Source: a virus (taxonomy: Duplodnaviria > Caudoviricetes). From it: 64,000 nt of DNA. How positions within the stretch are numbered: position 1 is the stretch's first letter; the number at the start of each line of letters is the position of its first letter. This document shows, one piece after another, positions 1 through 9,372 of the stretch. Below the pieces are notes generated by a model that did not search any database, had not been told where the DNA came from, and worked only from the letters and a program-made list of their open reading frames with translations. Both the position numbers and the translations under genes were made by a program. The DNA is taken from IMG/VR virus record IMGVR_UViG_3300042307_000844. The stretch is one strand, 5' to 3'.

Positions 1-2
1 GT

Positions 3-2105
3 AGGTCTTTCCAGAGCAAGGAACAACCTACGGACATTGATGCGATCAAATGCGCTTGGTTTGCGGCTCATGGTCTTTTGACCAAAGACAACCACACCTT
101 GGGCGGGGGAGAACATAACAGGGTTGATGTTGATCTTGTAGAACTCATCACGCTGTTTCTGATTCGGATTGATTGCGATGTCCAGAGCGTTTGTCACCAG
201 ACCACGGGTGAATCCAGCAGGAGCAGACCATGGGAATTCCGCAGCATCGCTACGTGCCATGATAGCAGCTTGGTATCCAGAGAATGGAAGCCAAACCTTT
301 TCACCTGTGAAATCATCATAGGCTTGCACCCAGTTTCCATAAGTTGCAGCATAGGAAGTGTTTTCCAATTCGAATTGGTGTCTCATAGCCCAATAAACAT
401 CTGTTTGGAAGTTCTTGTTTCTATCAGAAAGAATCTTGGTGTTTCTTCCAGTCACAAGAATGTGACGGATAGGATCAGCAATGAATACGCAGTCGCCACG
501 ACCACCAGTATTGGAGGGGAGGTTACAGAAGTTCTCAAATTGGTTGAAGATCGCGCTGTAATTGGCACGAAGATCGGTTGCTACCGTATTGTAGAAAATA
601 TCTTGGGATGTTCTCAGGGAGTCCACCTTAGCCTTCAACGCACTGTTATAAAGGGTATCGTCATAATATGCGGTTCCCGCAGCAGATGTCATCGTGAAGA
701 TCGTTCCCAGACCACCTTCGACAACCACATCAATGTCATAGATTTCATCATTCTTGATGCTTTCCAGAGCGCGGTTGATCTTGGTTGGAACATTGCCGAT
801 GATTTTTTGGGTGATCTTGACAGGATTGTAAACACCCAGAGGATACAGGGCATTTGCGACTCCAACGCTTTCAGAAAGACCCGAAAGTGCATATGTGTTA
901 GCTACTGTTAAATTAGAACTAAGAGCGGAGGCGGTAGAGGTAGTGGTTGTAATACCTAATGCAGCGGAGATGCTTGTATATTGAGTGGCAAGCAAGCTCT
1001 CAGTTACCACACGGATTTTCTTGGTGGGATTACCCGAAGAATCCAGCGAGGATTCGGTGAACTTGTTGGAGATGTATGGATTGACCATGATTTCCACATT
1101 GCGGGAATTGGTATCCTGAGTTTCAAGGAAGAATGGAACGGATGGTCCACCATTTGGATTGAGTTGAGTTCTGAAAGTATCAATGGAACCCACGATACGG
1201 TCATCAAGCACATAATCCAGCTTGAATGCTTCCGTTGCATATACACTCTTACGGAGCTTGAAGACACCAACGTTAAGAAGGTCATCGTCTTCCCTATCGG
1301 CAATGTTGTAGTCGGTAAGGTTCTCCATGACTTGGGAAATACTACCAGTGGCACCTCCATCGGTAGCGGAGAGATTGAATTGGAGCGTTCCGTTTGGAAT
1401 CTGCGTGAAATCCGAAATCACACCAGCAGTAAGGCTTGTGGTATATGCGCGGGTGATTGCATCAAAATTGGATGCTGGATTGAGATTTACGTTATCTGCG
1501 ATACCGACATAATAACCTTCAAATTGGCTATTGATCGTGGTTTGGGCTTTATCAAGCACAATGATACCAGCACCGCCCATGGCAGAAAGGGTATTTGCCT
1601 TTACAGAGGAAAAAGAGGAAAGGGGAGATGCCGTTGCAGACCAATCAAAGAGGGTTCCTTCCATGGCTTGGGCAAATTCCGTTTCCGATAGGGTAATCTG
1701 ATAGGGTTTTCCGAGGAAATAGGTTCCAGCGGAGAGATCGAGGTTTCTCGTTGTGGTAACTCCGGTGGGGGTTGCGGCAACAACGGGATAAACAAGGGCA
1801 GAATGTTGGCTTCCAAATCCATCACCAGAACCGGAACCATAAGGAAGACGGAAAGTGTAGATGTTTGCGGGAGAATTCAGGAGTTCCCTCACAGTGTAAT
1901 AGAAATAACGTTCTGCGCTATTGGTTGGGGTTCCATAGATTGCTTCCAGTTCGTCTCTGGAAGTGATTTTGATAACCTCATCAGAATATCCTTGAGGTGT
2001 ATAACCTGCTACGAAAATATTAGTCCCTACATTCGCCTGTGCGACGAGACTTAAATCTCTCTCAAATATCTCCACCCCAGCCGAATTTATTGTGCGTGTT
2101 GCCAT
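3..2105 (-). CDS. gp18: Tail sheath protein (T4 gp18-like), partial, runs off the left edge
   Basis: Missing from the ORF track because it has no stop in the window. Manual translation from ATG at 2105 gives MATRTINSAGVEIFERDLS...; near the edge it reads FPWSAPAGFTRG...INPVMFSPAQGVVVFGQKTMSRKPSAFDRINVRRLFLALE, typical of the gp18 C-terminus. Confidence 0.95.
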   Translation of the reverse strand, partial: MATRTINSAGVEIFERDLSLVAQANVGTNIFVAGYTPQGYSDEVIKITSRDELEAIYGTPTNSAERYFYYTVRELLNSPANIYTFRLPYGSGSGDGFGSQHSALVYPVVAATPTGVTTTRNLDLSAGTYFLGKPYQITLSETEFAQAMEGTLFDWSATASPLSSFSSVKANTLSAMGGAGIIVLDKAQTTINSQFEGYYVGIADNVNLNPASNFDAITRAYTTSLTAGVISDFTQIPNGTLQFNLSATDGGATGSISQVMENLTDYNIADREDDDLLNVGVFKLRKSVYATEAFKLDYVLDDRIVGSIDTFRTQLNPNGGPSVPFFLETQDTNSRNVEIMVNPYISNKFTESSLDSSGNPTKKIRVVTESLLATQYTSISAALGITTTTSTASALSSNLTVANTYALSGLSESVGVANALYPLGVYNPVKITQKIIGNVPTKINRALESIKNDEIYDIDVVVEGGLGTIFTMTSAAGTAYYDDTLYNSALKAKVDSLRTSQDIFYNTVATDLRANYSAIFNQFENFCNLPSNTGGRGDCVFIADPIRHILVTGRNTKILSDRNKNFQTDVYWAMRHQFELENTSYAATYGNWVQAYDDFTGEKVWLPFSGYQAAIMARSDAAEFPWSAPAGFTRGLVTNALDIAINPNQKQRDEFYKININPVMFSPAQGVVVFGQKTMSRKPSAFDRINVRRLFLALERP

Positions 2106-2110
2106 ATTAC

Positions 2111-2117
2111 TATTTAG
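2111..2117 (-). promoter_or_regulatory. T4-like late promoter box for gp18
   Basis: CTAAATA-GTAAT-ATG. Confidence 0.75.
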
Positions 2118-2155
2118 CAATTTATGGCTGAAAATTTGTTATTCTATAAAACACA

Positions 2156-2326
2156 CTATTTTTCAATCATCTCTGCCACAGAATTTCCATCAACATCCTC
2201 GACAATCTTGAAAGACGGTAATTTATTATCTTCTGCATATTTTTCCAATTTGGCTATCAATTCTGCACCCAATGGTTCTTCTCCTTGAACCATTGTTGGT
2301 AATTTTCCTAAAAATATATTTTCCAT
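2156..2326 (-). CDS. Small hypothetical protein (56 aa, MENIFLGKLPTMVQGEEPLG...)
   Basis: Manual translation, below the ORF-track cutoff; fills the gap between co-oriented genes. Confidence 0.55.
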   Translation of the reverse strand: MENIFLGKLPTMVQGEEPLGAELIAKLEKYAEDNKLPSFKIVEDVDGNSVAEMIEK

Positions 2327-2356
2327 GGAATTACTTTACCTTGAAAAATTGAAATG

Positions 2357-2965
2357 TCAACTCAGAGTCTGATTATATCTATCACATCCCAGTAAATTGA
2401 TGTGCATTTGTGAGAAAACAAAAGTAAATCCGCTTTCAATCTCCATTTCACCCGTCTCATTCTGAGAGAATGCTAATTCATCGATTGATGTTACAAAAGC
2501 TTTCGTATATTTAAATTGAATTACTTTATTATCATATTCATCCAATCCATACATCGTAATATCCGTCTGATAATCCGAAAAATTACCATCCACTATAATA
2601 CCCTTTTCATTGAATTGACCCGTCTTTTGGTCATGTTGTAGATTCAGCCATTGGTAAATTACCCAATAATTATTATATCCGCTATCCACTTTGAATTTGA
2701 CATTTACGGGAGGATAAGGGTCTTTGCTATGGCTTGACACATAAAGCGTATCTCCCGCATATCGGGTGGCAATCGCTTTAATGGTCAATCCCGGAACCAT
2801 CGTCCCATAGATGCTGAATTGCACACTATCGGGAATGATGGTATTGTCATTCCTTGTGTAATTGGATTGGATTCTCTTTAAAATTGGGGGCAAATCGAAA
2901 ACGAGAAGGAATTTATCCTTCCTGCTGCGATTTAAGAACGATTGTCGGACCTCTGTATTACTCAC
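2357..2965 (-). CDS. Tail completion / tail-tube-fold protein (gp3-like)
   Basis: QFKYTKAFVTSIDELAF and FTFVFS motifs of the gp3/gp19 fold; lies between terminase and sheath; GTG start 6 nt after TTAAATA. Confidence 0.65.
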   Translation of the reverse strand: MSNTEVRQSFLNRSRKDKFLLVFDLPPILKRIQSNYTRNDNTIIPDSVQFSIYGTMVPGLTIKAIATRYAGDTLYVSSHSKDPYPPVNVKFKVDSGYNNYWVIYQWLNLQHDQKTGQFNEKGIIVDGNFSDYQTDITMYGLDEYDNKVIQFKYTKAFVTSIDELAFSQNETGEMEIESGFTFVFSQMHINLLGCDRYNQTLS

Positions 2966-3464
2966 TAAACATATTTAATGGGAAACGCTCCTTTAACAGA
3001 TCATAGAATGGTTTATAAAAATAAACATTATCGGGAGGATATTCAACTGCCCACATTTCCACCATTTCATCCACATCATAACCATTATATCCCAACTTCG
3101 CATCCTGCGCGACATAGAATTTCCACTTTGGATTATTCTCCGCAAATCGGTAAAACCTTTGGATATTTTGTTTTAATTGTTTTTTTGGTATGGATCGTTT
3201 GGCTCCCGCTTTCGTGACGGATGGGATTGCATATGATTTACCCTCTCGCCCTTCTTGGATACCTTCAGCACAACCCTTCACATTCCATCGACCTTTCCAC
3301 CCATTCTCTTTTAAATGGTAATCGTATTTTCTCCAAACGTTACCAATTTCTCCAAAAGATGCATATCCCGCTGATCCGGCCCCGTGCCACCCCAATAAAT
3401 TCGAAGTGAACACAAACACTTCATCATCTTTTAGATCGGTGATGTAATTTTCATAACATTTCAC
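2958..3464 (-). CDS. A1S_2505-like phage non-structural protein (macrodomain-like)
   Basis: EVFVFTSNLLGWHGAGSAG...GKSYAIPS...FYRFAENNPKWKFYV matches the FVFGSN-x-G-x-HG-x-G...SYAIPT pattern as I recall it. Confidence 0.55.
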   Translation of the reverse strand: MKCYENYITDLKDDEVFVFTSNLLGWHGAGSAGYASFGEIGNVWRKYDYHLKENGWKGRWNVKGCAEGIQEGREGKSYAIPSVTKAGAKRSIPKKQLKQNIQRFYRFAENNPKWKFYVAQDAKLGYNGYDVDEMVEMWAVEYPPDNVYFYKPFYDLLKERFPLNMFSE

Positions 3465-3494
3465 ACTTTCACGTTAGCATGAAAACACACAAAA

Positions 3495-5357
3495 TCAACC
3501 GAAATATTTCTCCATTGCTGCCCATTGATCGGAAGAGATATTCCTTTCGGGATTGGAGAACACCGAATGATCTGGTAAAGCCCAACCCGCAGCTTCCAAT
3601 TCCGCCATGTCGCTGACAGCAGCACCCCCAAATCCTCCGAAGAGCATGGGAGAGATATTGGAGTGTTCAATCTTGTCAACCTCTTCATTCGTGTATATGG
3701 ATGTGGATGATCTGTATTGGTGAAGTCCCTGATCGATGGGTTTTATGCGTAAAGGTTTATCACAATCATCCAGTTCCTCAACTTCAAAATACAATTCAGT
3801 TATATCCTTGTAAAGAGCCATCAATGCCCACACAAATGCCATCACACGGTCATCATGTTCCCCGCTTTTGGCTTTCCAAGAGCCATTTGGGTATCGCACA
3901 AACATCTTGAACTCTTTCAGGGTGTCGATGTTGCGGAATACCACGGATTGCGCTTCATTAACAAAATATCTCTGGTTGAGAACCGCTTTGTATTTGGTAT
4001 TGATGTGGGAAATCATACCATTCTGCTTGTTCTTATGCGCTTCCTTGGCTCCCCAAGACACAAGATTCTGATACATATGTGTATTTGCCAAGGTATCACA
4101 TACTCCGGTTCCTTGGTTGTTGCGCTCAATCAATAGCAAAGGATTTCCCCAATGCCCACAAATTTCAACAACTTCATTGGTAAATTCCGATGGGCCGATC
4201 ATATTATTATGATATTCCGCAACTTGTATGATTTCATTGGGGTTTGTGATGTCAAGGACTTCTAAAACCGATGCATCCAACCCAACACCTTCGGAAACGT
4301 CTCCCCCAATGACATAAATTTTCTCAGGATCGTATTCTTCCCATATTTTATATTTACCGTCTTTTAGGATGTGGAGCGGTGATTTACAATCGATTTTAAG
4401 TTTATCGAACAATGCTTCGTCCAACGATGATTCACTATTGTCAACAAAATGACAATTATATTCCTGTTCAAATAATTCATATGATCCTAAACGAGCAACT
4501 TCTTTCAATTTCCATGCTTCGTCTCTACCCGGAACCTCCTCCCAAGTGATCGTTTCAGCGTGAAATTCGTTCCACCCATCAGTTCCTTTTTTCAACGCAT
4601 CTGCAAACATTTTATAAAAAACATTATCTTTTCCTCTGGGAGTTGAAGTGATTAATATTTTAGATGTTTTTGCTCTGGAGATGGTTGGTAGGACAGAAGA
4701 CATGAAATCAACCACCAAACTATCGGGATCAACCCACGCCAATTCGTCAAGTAAGAGGCATTGAATAGTGCTTCCTCTCGCAGTTGAACTACTTGTCGTT
4801 GCAATCCCGATGGTTGAACCATTTGAAAATTCGGTGCTTTCCTGACCCCATGTTTTAACTCCGGGTTTCAACCAGTTGGGCAATTCCTCATATGCTAATT
4901 TAACACGCTTGAAAATCATTTTCGCGGTGTCTTCTTTGTTGGCAACGATTATAGTGTTTCTATAATCCTTAAAACAAGTCTCATGTAGGGCTAATATGGT
5001 TAGACATGTGGTATTATGACTTAAAATACCGTTAGTGAAAATTCGATGATCTTCGCTATCCACAGTCGCATCATACATATGTTCGCTACGATCAGTCTTA
5101 ACAATTGATAAAACCGCTTCAAGACCGTTTTCCGTCCAAATATTATCACCAATATTCAAGTTCTCACAAAAAACTTCCTCATAATCAGAATTTTTAAAAA
5201 TTATGTGTTCATCAGCACATTCTAATTGAAAATTTTCGGTTGTTATGATCCACACATCATATACAACTGTCTTATGAAGATGTGTCAAGTCGTGCCACCC
5301 AGAATCAGTCCAGATTTCATAATCAGTTAAATCTATGGTTTCTATTATCTTCCCCAT
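3495..5357 (-). CDS. gp17: Terminase large subunit, C-terminal half, fused to a 115-aa C-intein
   Basis: Intein end ...FTNGILSHN followed by TTCLTILA; ARGSTIQCLLLDELAW (coupling motif and Walker B); ITSTPRG; nuclease motifs IGGDVSEGVGLD and HDDRVMA. Confidence 0.95.
   Translation of the reverse strand: MGKIIETIDLTDYEIWTDSGWHDLTHLHKTVVYDVWIITTENFQLECADEHIIFKNSDYEEVFCENLNIGDNIWTENGLEAVLSIVKTDRSEHMYDATVDSEDHRIFTNGILSHNTTCLTILALHETCFKDYRNTIIVANKEDTAKMIFKRVKLAYEELPNWLKPGVKTWGQESTEFSNGSTIGIATTSSSTARGSTIQCLLLDELAWVDPDSLVVDFMSSVLPTISRAKTSKILITSTPRGKDNVFYKMFADALKKGTDGWNEFHAETITWEEVPGRDEAWKLKEVARLGSYELFEQEYNCHFVDNSESSLDEALFDKLKIDCKSPLHILKDGKYKIWEEYDPEKIYVIGGDVSEGVGLDASVLEVLDITNPNEIIQVAEYHNNMIGPSEFTNEVVEICGHWGNPLLLIERNNQGTGVCDTLANTHMYQNLVSWGAKEAHKNKQNGMISHINTKYKAVLNQRYFVNEAQSVVFRNIDTLKEFKMFVRYPNGSWKAKSGEHDDRVMAFVWALMALYKDITELYFEVEELDDCDKPLRIKPIDQGLHQYRSSTSIYTNEEVDKIEHSNISPMLFGGFGGAAVSDMAELEAAGWALPDHSVFSNPERNISSDQWAAMEKYFG
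5013..5357 (-). other. C-terminal fragment of a split intein (IntC, 115 aa)
   Basis: Block B LECADEH, block F MYDATV, block G SHN followed by Thr+1. Confidence 0.9.
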
Positions 5358-6605
5358 TTAACTATTTAAAAAATTTACACAATCTTCTATGATTTTTTCA
5401 TTATCATTATTGAAATCTTTTTCTTTAACGTGTAAAACTTTACACCCCAACGTTCCAATTATTTCACTTTCCCTTAATAATTCTTCAGAAGCCCCTTTAC
5501 CTTTTTTCCCATGCCAATATGTCCCGTCAAATTCGATGCATTTATTAATATCTTTGATATAAAAATCTATTTTTCTACTTGATCTAAATGTTTTCACCCT
5601 AAACTCATGATTTTTACCATCGTTGACAATCTCTCCATTGTTTAATGTTGCGAAGTAAATATTTTTATATTTATCTTTCACTCTTTTCCAAACCTCAACA
5701 AACAATTTCTGTGAAATCATTGAATAATTCATTCTCTTAAATGATTTCAACCATTTATCGGTTATTTCAGCTCTAATTTGAACTGCTTCTTCCAATGAGC
5801 ATTTCTTTCTTTCCATGATAGAGTCAACAGCGTTGGTGGCTTGTGTTTCTCTAACTTTTTTATAAGCCTCCTCTTGCGTATGTCCTCGTTTTAACCAATA
5901 TCCCTCTTGAGATGGTAAACGATCCCCGATTAAATGTGTTTTTCTAATCTTTTCAGCGCAATTTTTAGCGCGATTTTCATGTTTATTATACCACAAAACA
6001 TTACAAGATGTGTTGTAGCAAAATTTATCGTATCCATCTCGCACATTTTTAAATCGTGTTGGGGTTTTACACCATTTACAAAATCCCTCACTATCACATT
6101 TTTTAATATGTTTTTTATAATAATCTTCTGGATCGATGTTTAGCACACCTTTGAGGTGTCTAGTCAAGCGATTTATTCTTGTGAATGTATTCCCATCTTC
6201 TAAACAGGTGTATTTAAAATCTTTTAATTTTAAACTTTTCAAATTTTGATTATAATGCAACAAACAACAAGTATTATACTTCAAAAAATCATAAGGAACT
6301 TGATTATTACAATCATGTTTTTTACATTTACTATTCGGTTTAAAATATTTTTCATAGAGAGATATTTTATCAACTTCACTCAGATTGTATCTCATTCCCA
6401 ATGATCTGGATGCTGCTCTCCAACAAGAATAATATTCATCATACTCGTCAATATATATCAAGTTATTTTCAACATCTTCTTTAGTTTTTTCTAAATCAAA
6501 TTTATTATCTTTATATATAAAAAACAAGGTTCTACTATGACAACCCTTCCACTTTTTTCCATCTGACAATAATTTTCCAGTAATTATACATGTTTTGTTC
6601 GTCAT
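5358..6605 (-). CDS. Free-standing homing endonuclease, Vsr/DUF559-like C-terminal nuclease with Cys/His-rich N-terminal domains
   Basis: C-terminal KIDFYIKDINKCIEFDGTYWH...GCKVLHVKEKDF; CxxC motifs; YWLKRGHTQEEA; located between the two terL halves. Confidence 0.8.
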   Translation of the reverse strand: MTNKTCIITGKLLSDGKKWKGCHSRTLFFIYKDNKFDLEKTKEDVENNLIYIDEYDEYYSCWRAASRSLGMRYNLSEVDKISLYEKYFKPNSKCKKHDCNNQVPYDFLKYNTCCLLHYNQNLKSLKLKDFKYTCLEDGNTFTRINRLTRHLKGVLNIDPEDYYKKHIKKCDSEGFCKWCKTPTRFKNVRDGYDKFCYNTSCNVLWYNKHENRAKNCAEKIRKTHLIGDRLPSQEGYWLKRGHTQEEAYKKVRETQATNAVDSIMERKKCSLEEAVQIRAEITDKWLKSFKRMNYSMISQKLFVEVWKRVKDKYKNIYFATLNNGEIVNDGKNHEFRVKTFRSSRKIDFYIKDINKCIEFDGTYWHGKKGKGASEELLRESEIIGTLGCKVLHVKEKDFNNDNEKIIEDCVNFLNS

Positions 6606-6610
6606 GTATA

Positions 6611-6617
6611 TATTTAG
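6611..6617 (-). promoter_or_regulatory. Late promoter box for endonuclease plus terL C-half
   Basis: CTAAATA-TATAC-ATG. Confidence 0.75.
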
Positions 6618-6638
6618 TCTAATCGCTTAGATATTTGT

Positions 6639-6998
6639 CTATTTTTTAATAGAATTGTAAAACTTTTCAGCTTCAACTTCTTCTATTTCACCTGTTTTTT
6701 TGTTTCGTATTTTTATTTTAGTATCACCAACAAAACATTTTCCCGATTGACGAGATGAGTTGACAATATTAAATCTGTTATCTCTAAATGCGTTCAGCAA
6801 CCGCTTCTGATATGGTAACAACGGTATTTTAATCTTACCTAAATCCGGCTCAATGATATAGAAATAATTTTCAGCAAAATATAAAATATCATCCCGACAC
6901 TTGGCAATCTCAGCCACCATCTCTGGTGTATATTCGAATGTAGCACTAGCTGTGGGCAAATTAGGATTGCCCATATATGTATCTTTTTTCCTACCCAT
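6639..6998 (-). CDS. gp17: Terminase large subunit, N-terminal 87 aa, fused to a 32-aa N-intein
   Basis: YMGNPNL...CRDDILYFAENY...LLPYQ...SSRQSGK (Walker A cut after K), then CFVGDTKIKI (intein block A) and stop. Confidence 0.93.
   Translation of the reverse strand: MGRKKDTYMGNPNLPTASATFEYTPEMVAEIAKCRDDILYFAENYFYIIEPDLGKIKIPLLPYQKRLLNAFRDNRFNIVNSSRQSGKCFVGDTKIKIRNKKTGEIEEVEAEKFYNSIKK
6642..6737 (-). other. N-terminal fragment of a split intein (IntN, 32 aa)
   Basis: CFVGDTKIKIRNKKTGEIEEVEAEKFYNSIKK-stop. Confidence 0.88.
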
Positions 6999-7004
6999 AT
7001 TACC

Positions 7005-7011
7005 TATTTAG
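7005..7011 (-). promoter_or_regulatory. Late promoter box for terL N-half
   Basis: CTAAATA-GGTAAT-ATG. Confidence 0.7.
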
Positions 7012-7916
7012 AAATAATTCCCATATACACTACCATCACTACCTCCCGTGGATGGAGGAAACACATCCCTTTGCACGATTTCATCGGAACTTTCGGTGTA
7101 TATCTTGTTATCATCCAGAACAGAAGATAGCGACAAAAATGCTGCCGAAAGACCCGGATACATTCCCGTCAATTCTGGGAACATCGTGGAAGACAGCTTA
7201 CCGAAGAAAGAATTATCAGCAATTTGATGATTCATATTTTCCCTTGGTTCATTGGTGGTGAAGTTATGCTCACTACGAACAGCTTTCAATCTCCAAACAT
7301 AATGACCCATTGCAGGATTGAGTTCAGCGGCATCTTCATCCAGAGCTTCCGTAACCTCAAATATCTTGGCTCCCCTGCCATTCGGCCTATCACATCCAAA
7401 TGGTGTCACCCTGATCTTATCCTGTGATTTGGGTTCGCAAGCCCATGGACCATTTTCCTGATCAATAATAATTTGCTCCCCTGCTTCCGTTAATATGGGA
7501 TTATTGTTTTCATCTCTTAAAACACCATCAAATACGCTAAGTCCAGCAAATTTGACATTAAAATCATCAATATGTAAATAGAGTGTCAAAGTATCGGGGG
7601 AATCCATACCAGCCAGAGCATAAATTGGGGAGGCATTCTCCATCTGGATATATGCTTTGATAACTGTTGGACCGAGCCAATACATGAGAGTGTGTTCCCC
7701 ATAGATGGAGTTCATTGCCTTTGGGTTGAAGGTGTTCACATAATAATCAATCTCCACCCCATAATTATTGATAAGCTCCCCAAATTGGGAATTGAATATG
7801 GCTCTTTCAGCCTTGAAATTGGAAGGATCGGCAAATCCCCCGCAATTGGGGCGATAAACACCAGCAAAGATGTTTTCAGGAGTGAGACAGGAAAGTGGAA
7901 TTGTTGGACAACCCAT
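7008..7916 (-). CDS. gp14: Neck protein (T4 gp14-like)
   Basis: ELINNYGVEIDYYVNTF...IYGEH...IKAYIQM...DTLTLYLHIDDF and IFEVTE...HYVWRLKA resemble gp14; next to terL. Confidence 0.65.
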   Translation of the reverse strand: MGCPTIPLSCLTPENIFAGVYRPNCGGFADPSNFKAERAIFNSQFGELINNYGVEIDYYVNTFNPKAMNSIYGEHTLMYWLGPTVIKAYIQMENASPIYALAGMDSPDTLTLYLHIDDFNVKFAGLSVFDGVLRDENNNPILTEAGEQIIIDQENGPWACEPKSQDKIRVTPFGCDRPNGRGAKIFEVTEALDEDAAELNPAMGHYVWRLKAVRSEHNFTTNEPRENMNHQIADNSFFGKLSSTMFPELTGMYPGLSAAFLSLSSVLDDNKIYTESSDEIVQRDVFPPSTGGSDGSVYGNYF

Positions 7917-8272
7917 TATTTTTTAACTTCTACGATTTTACCACATTGTTGACCATGGAGATTGGTGAACAGCTTTAGGATTTGATTACTGTTTTTTCTT
8001 TTGATCTCTTTACCATCTTTAAATTCCACACCATTGAGTTGTCCCAATTCCTTTAACAGATCATCCCCAATCAGAATCTCTCCTGCTGTTCTGATCTTCT
8101 TATACGGTCCTTTGTTCCATGGTATCTTTCTTGTCAGGGGATCGCGGGTAATATTACCCCCCTTCTTATTATTGGCGTGGAGGGATTGCTTAATGTCACC
8201 AAATCCATCCTTGTGTCGATACTCAAGTATCACACCATTGCGCTCTTCGAAAAATTCCAGAAAGGACTTCAT
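7916..8272 (-). CDS. Basic hypothetical protein, probable head-internal protein
   Basis: Start moved to MKSFLEFFEE (8272), 5 nt after TTAAGTA. Confidence 0.6.
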   Translation of the reverse strand: MKSFLEFFEERNGVILEYRHKDGFGDIKQSLHANNKKGGNITRDPLTRKIPWNKGPYKKIRTAGEILIGDDLLKELGQLNGVEFKDGKEIKRKNSNQILKLFTNLHGQQCGKIVEVKK

Positions 8273-8285
8273 GCTAATACTTAAC

Positions 8286-8317
8286 AAAAAAAGAGGGAAT
8301 CATCACGATCCCCTCTT
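8286..8317 (-). terminator. Rho-independent terminator
   Basis: Minus strand AAGAGGGGAT-CGTGATG-ATTCCCTCTT followed by a T run, downstream of the acidic core gene. Confidence 0.75.
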
Positions 8318-8342
8318 CTTAGGTTTATTTTTTTAATTCATA

Positions 8343-9368
8343 TTAGCGGAAGAAATCTTCTGCCTGTCTAATATCCGAAACTTTGTTCTGCTTGCCCATA
8401 TCAGGTTGCTTTGCACCGTGGAGAGCGTGACCATAATCACCGTCATTACCAACCTTATCAGTGGTTCCCACTACCTTGGTTTTTTGGTTTTTTGGTTGGG
8501 GACGGCCATTAACCTTGTTGCTACGACCTTGGAGCTTGTGTTGTTGACCACCACCCTTGCCATCCTTGGCACCTACGGTTCCGTCATTACCAACCTTGTC
8601 AGTTGGAAACGTTCCGCGCTCTTCATCTTCGTCATAAGAGAAATCATCTTCTTCTTCGTTATCTTCATCCATTTCGTCGTCTCCTCCGAAATCATCGCCT
8701 TCATCAAAGTCCAGATCATCTCCTTCGTCTTCCATACCACCATCAAGAACTCCCATCAAAACATCGTGAAGCTTTTGTGCTGTGGCACGATCAAGAGTAA
8801 ATGTAACTTGGTCTTCATCGTCACCGAATTCGTCATCTCCAAACTCATCGTCCATGGGAGCATCACCAAGGCCGAGGGCATCAACTTCTTGAGCATCCTC
8901 TTGCTGGTCAAAATTATTACCCATAACGGATTCAAACAACTTATCAAATGTAGATTTCTTAGTCATAAATGTATTTAGTCTATCTCTTGCAATTTTTTTA
9001 GATTCCTTGTGAATTCTCTCTTCCGCTTCCTCTCTTTGGATTCCACTCTCCATTCTTGCAATTTCTTTTTTAAGAGATTCCTTCTGTTTATCAGAAAGAT
9101 TGGGATTCTTCAACTTTTCTTTAAGTTTATCAAGATTAGCATACTTACGCTCTTCATCCTCATCATAAGTATCATTCAAAGCTTTGTGATAACCGCTTTT
9201 CTCAGATGGACCACCTTTTTGCAAGGGATTTGTTTCGTTGAAAGCGTTTTTGGATTGCTTGGGAATTTTTTTGGACTTGTTGATGTTTTCCTGTGCGTTC
9301 TCTTGAACGACTTGAACACTGTTCAGCATTTGTCCATATATATCTCCCAATGTCGGTTGTTTTTTCAT
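8343..9368 (-). CDS. Highly acidic prohead core / scaffold-like protein
   Basis: Long D/E tracts plus basic Gly-rich tail; probable start MKKQPTLGDIY (9368), 4 nt after the upstream stop; internal in-frame start at 8966. Confidence 0.55.
   Translation of the reverse strand: MKKQPTLGDIYGQMLNSVQVVQENAQENINKSKKIPKQSKNAFNETNPLQKGGPSEKSGYHKALNDTYDEDEERKYANLDKLKEKLKNPNLSDKQKESLKKEIARMESGIQREEAEERIHKESKKIARDRLNTFMTKKSTFDKLFESVMGNNFDQQEDAQEVDALGLGDAPMDDEFGDDEFGDDEDQVTFTLDRATAQKLHDVLMGVLDGGMEDEGDDLDFDEGDDFGGDDEMDEDNEEEDDFSYDEDEERGTFPTDKVGNDGTVGAKDGKGGGQQHKLQGRSNKVNGRPQPKNQKTKVVGTTDKVGNDGDYGHALHGAKQPDMGKQNKVSDIRQAEDFFR
8972..8978 (-). promoter_or_regulatory. Intragenic late promoter box before in-frame Met at 8966
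   Basis: CTAAATA-CATTT-ATG inside the coding sequence. Confidence 0.65.
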
Positions 9369-9372
9369 ATAA

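Noticed and set aside
78-2054. Long plus-strand ORFs (277, 236, 83 aa) in the ORF track
   Set aside because: Antisense shadows of the minus-strand tail sheath gene, which the track omitted because it has no stop in the window
5358-6638. Group I intron as the explanation for the split terL
   Set aside because: Both halves carry clear intein blocks (C1; block B His; HN/T) and the inter-gene spacers are too short for an intron core
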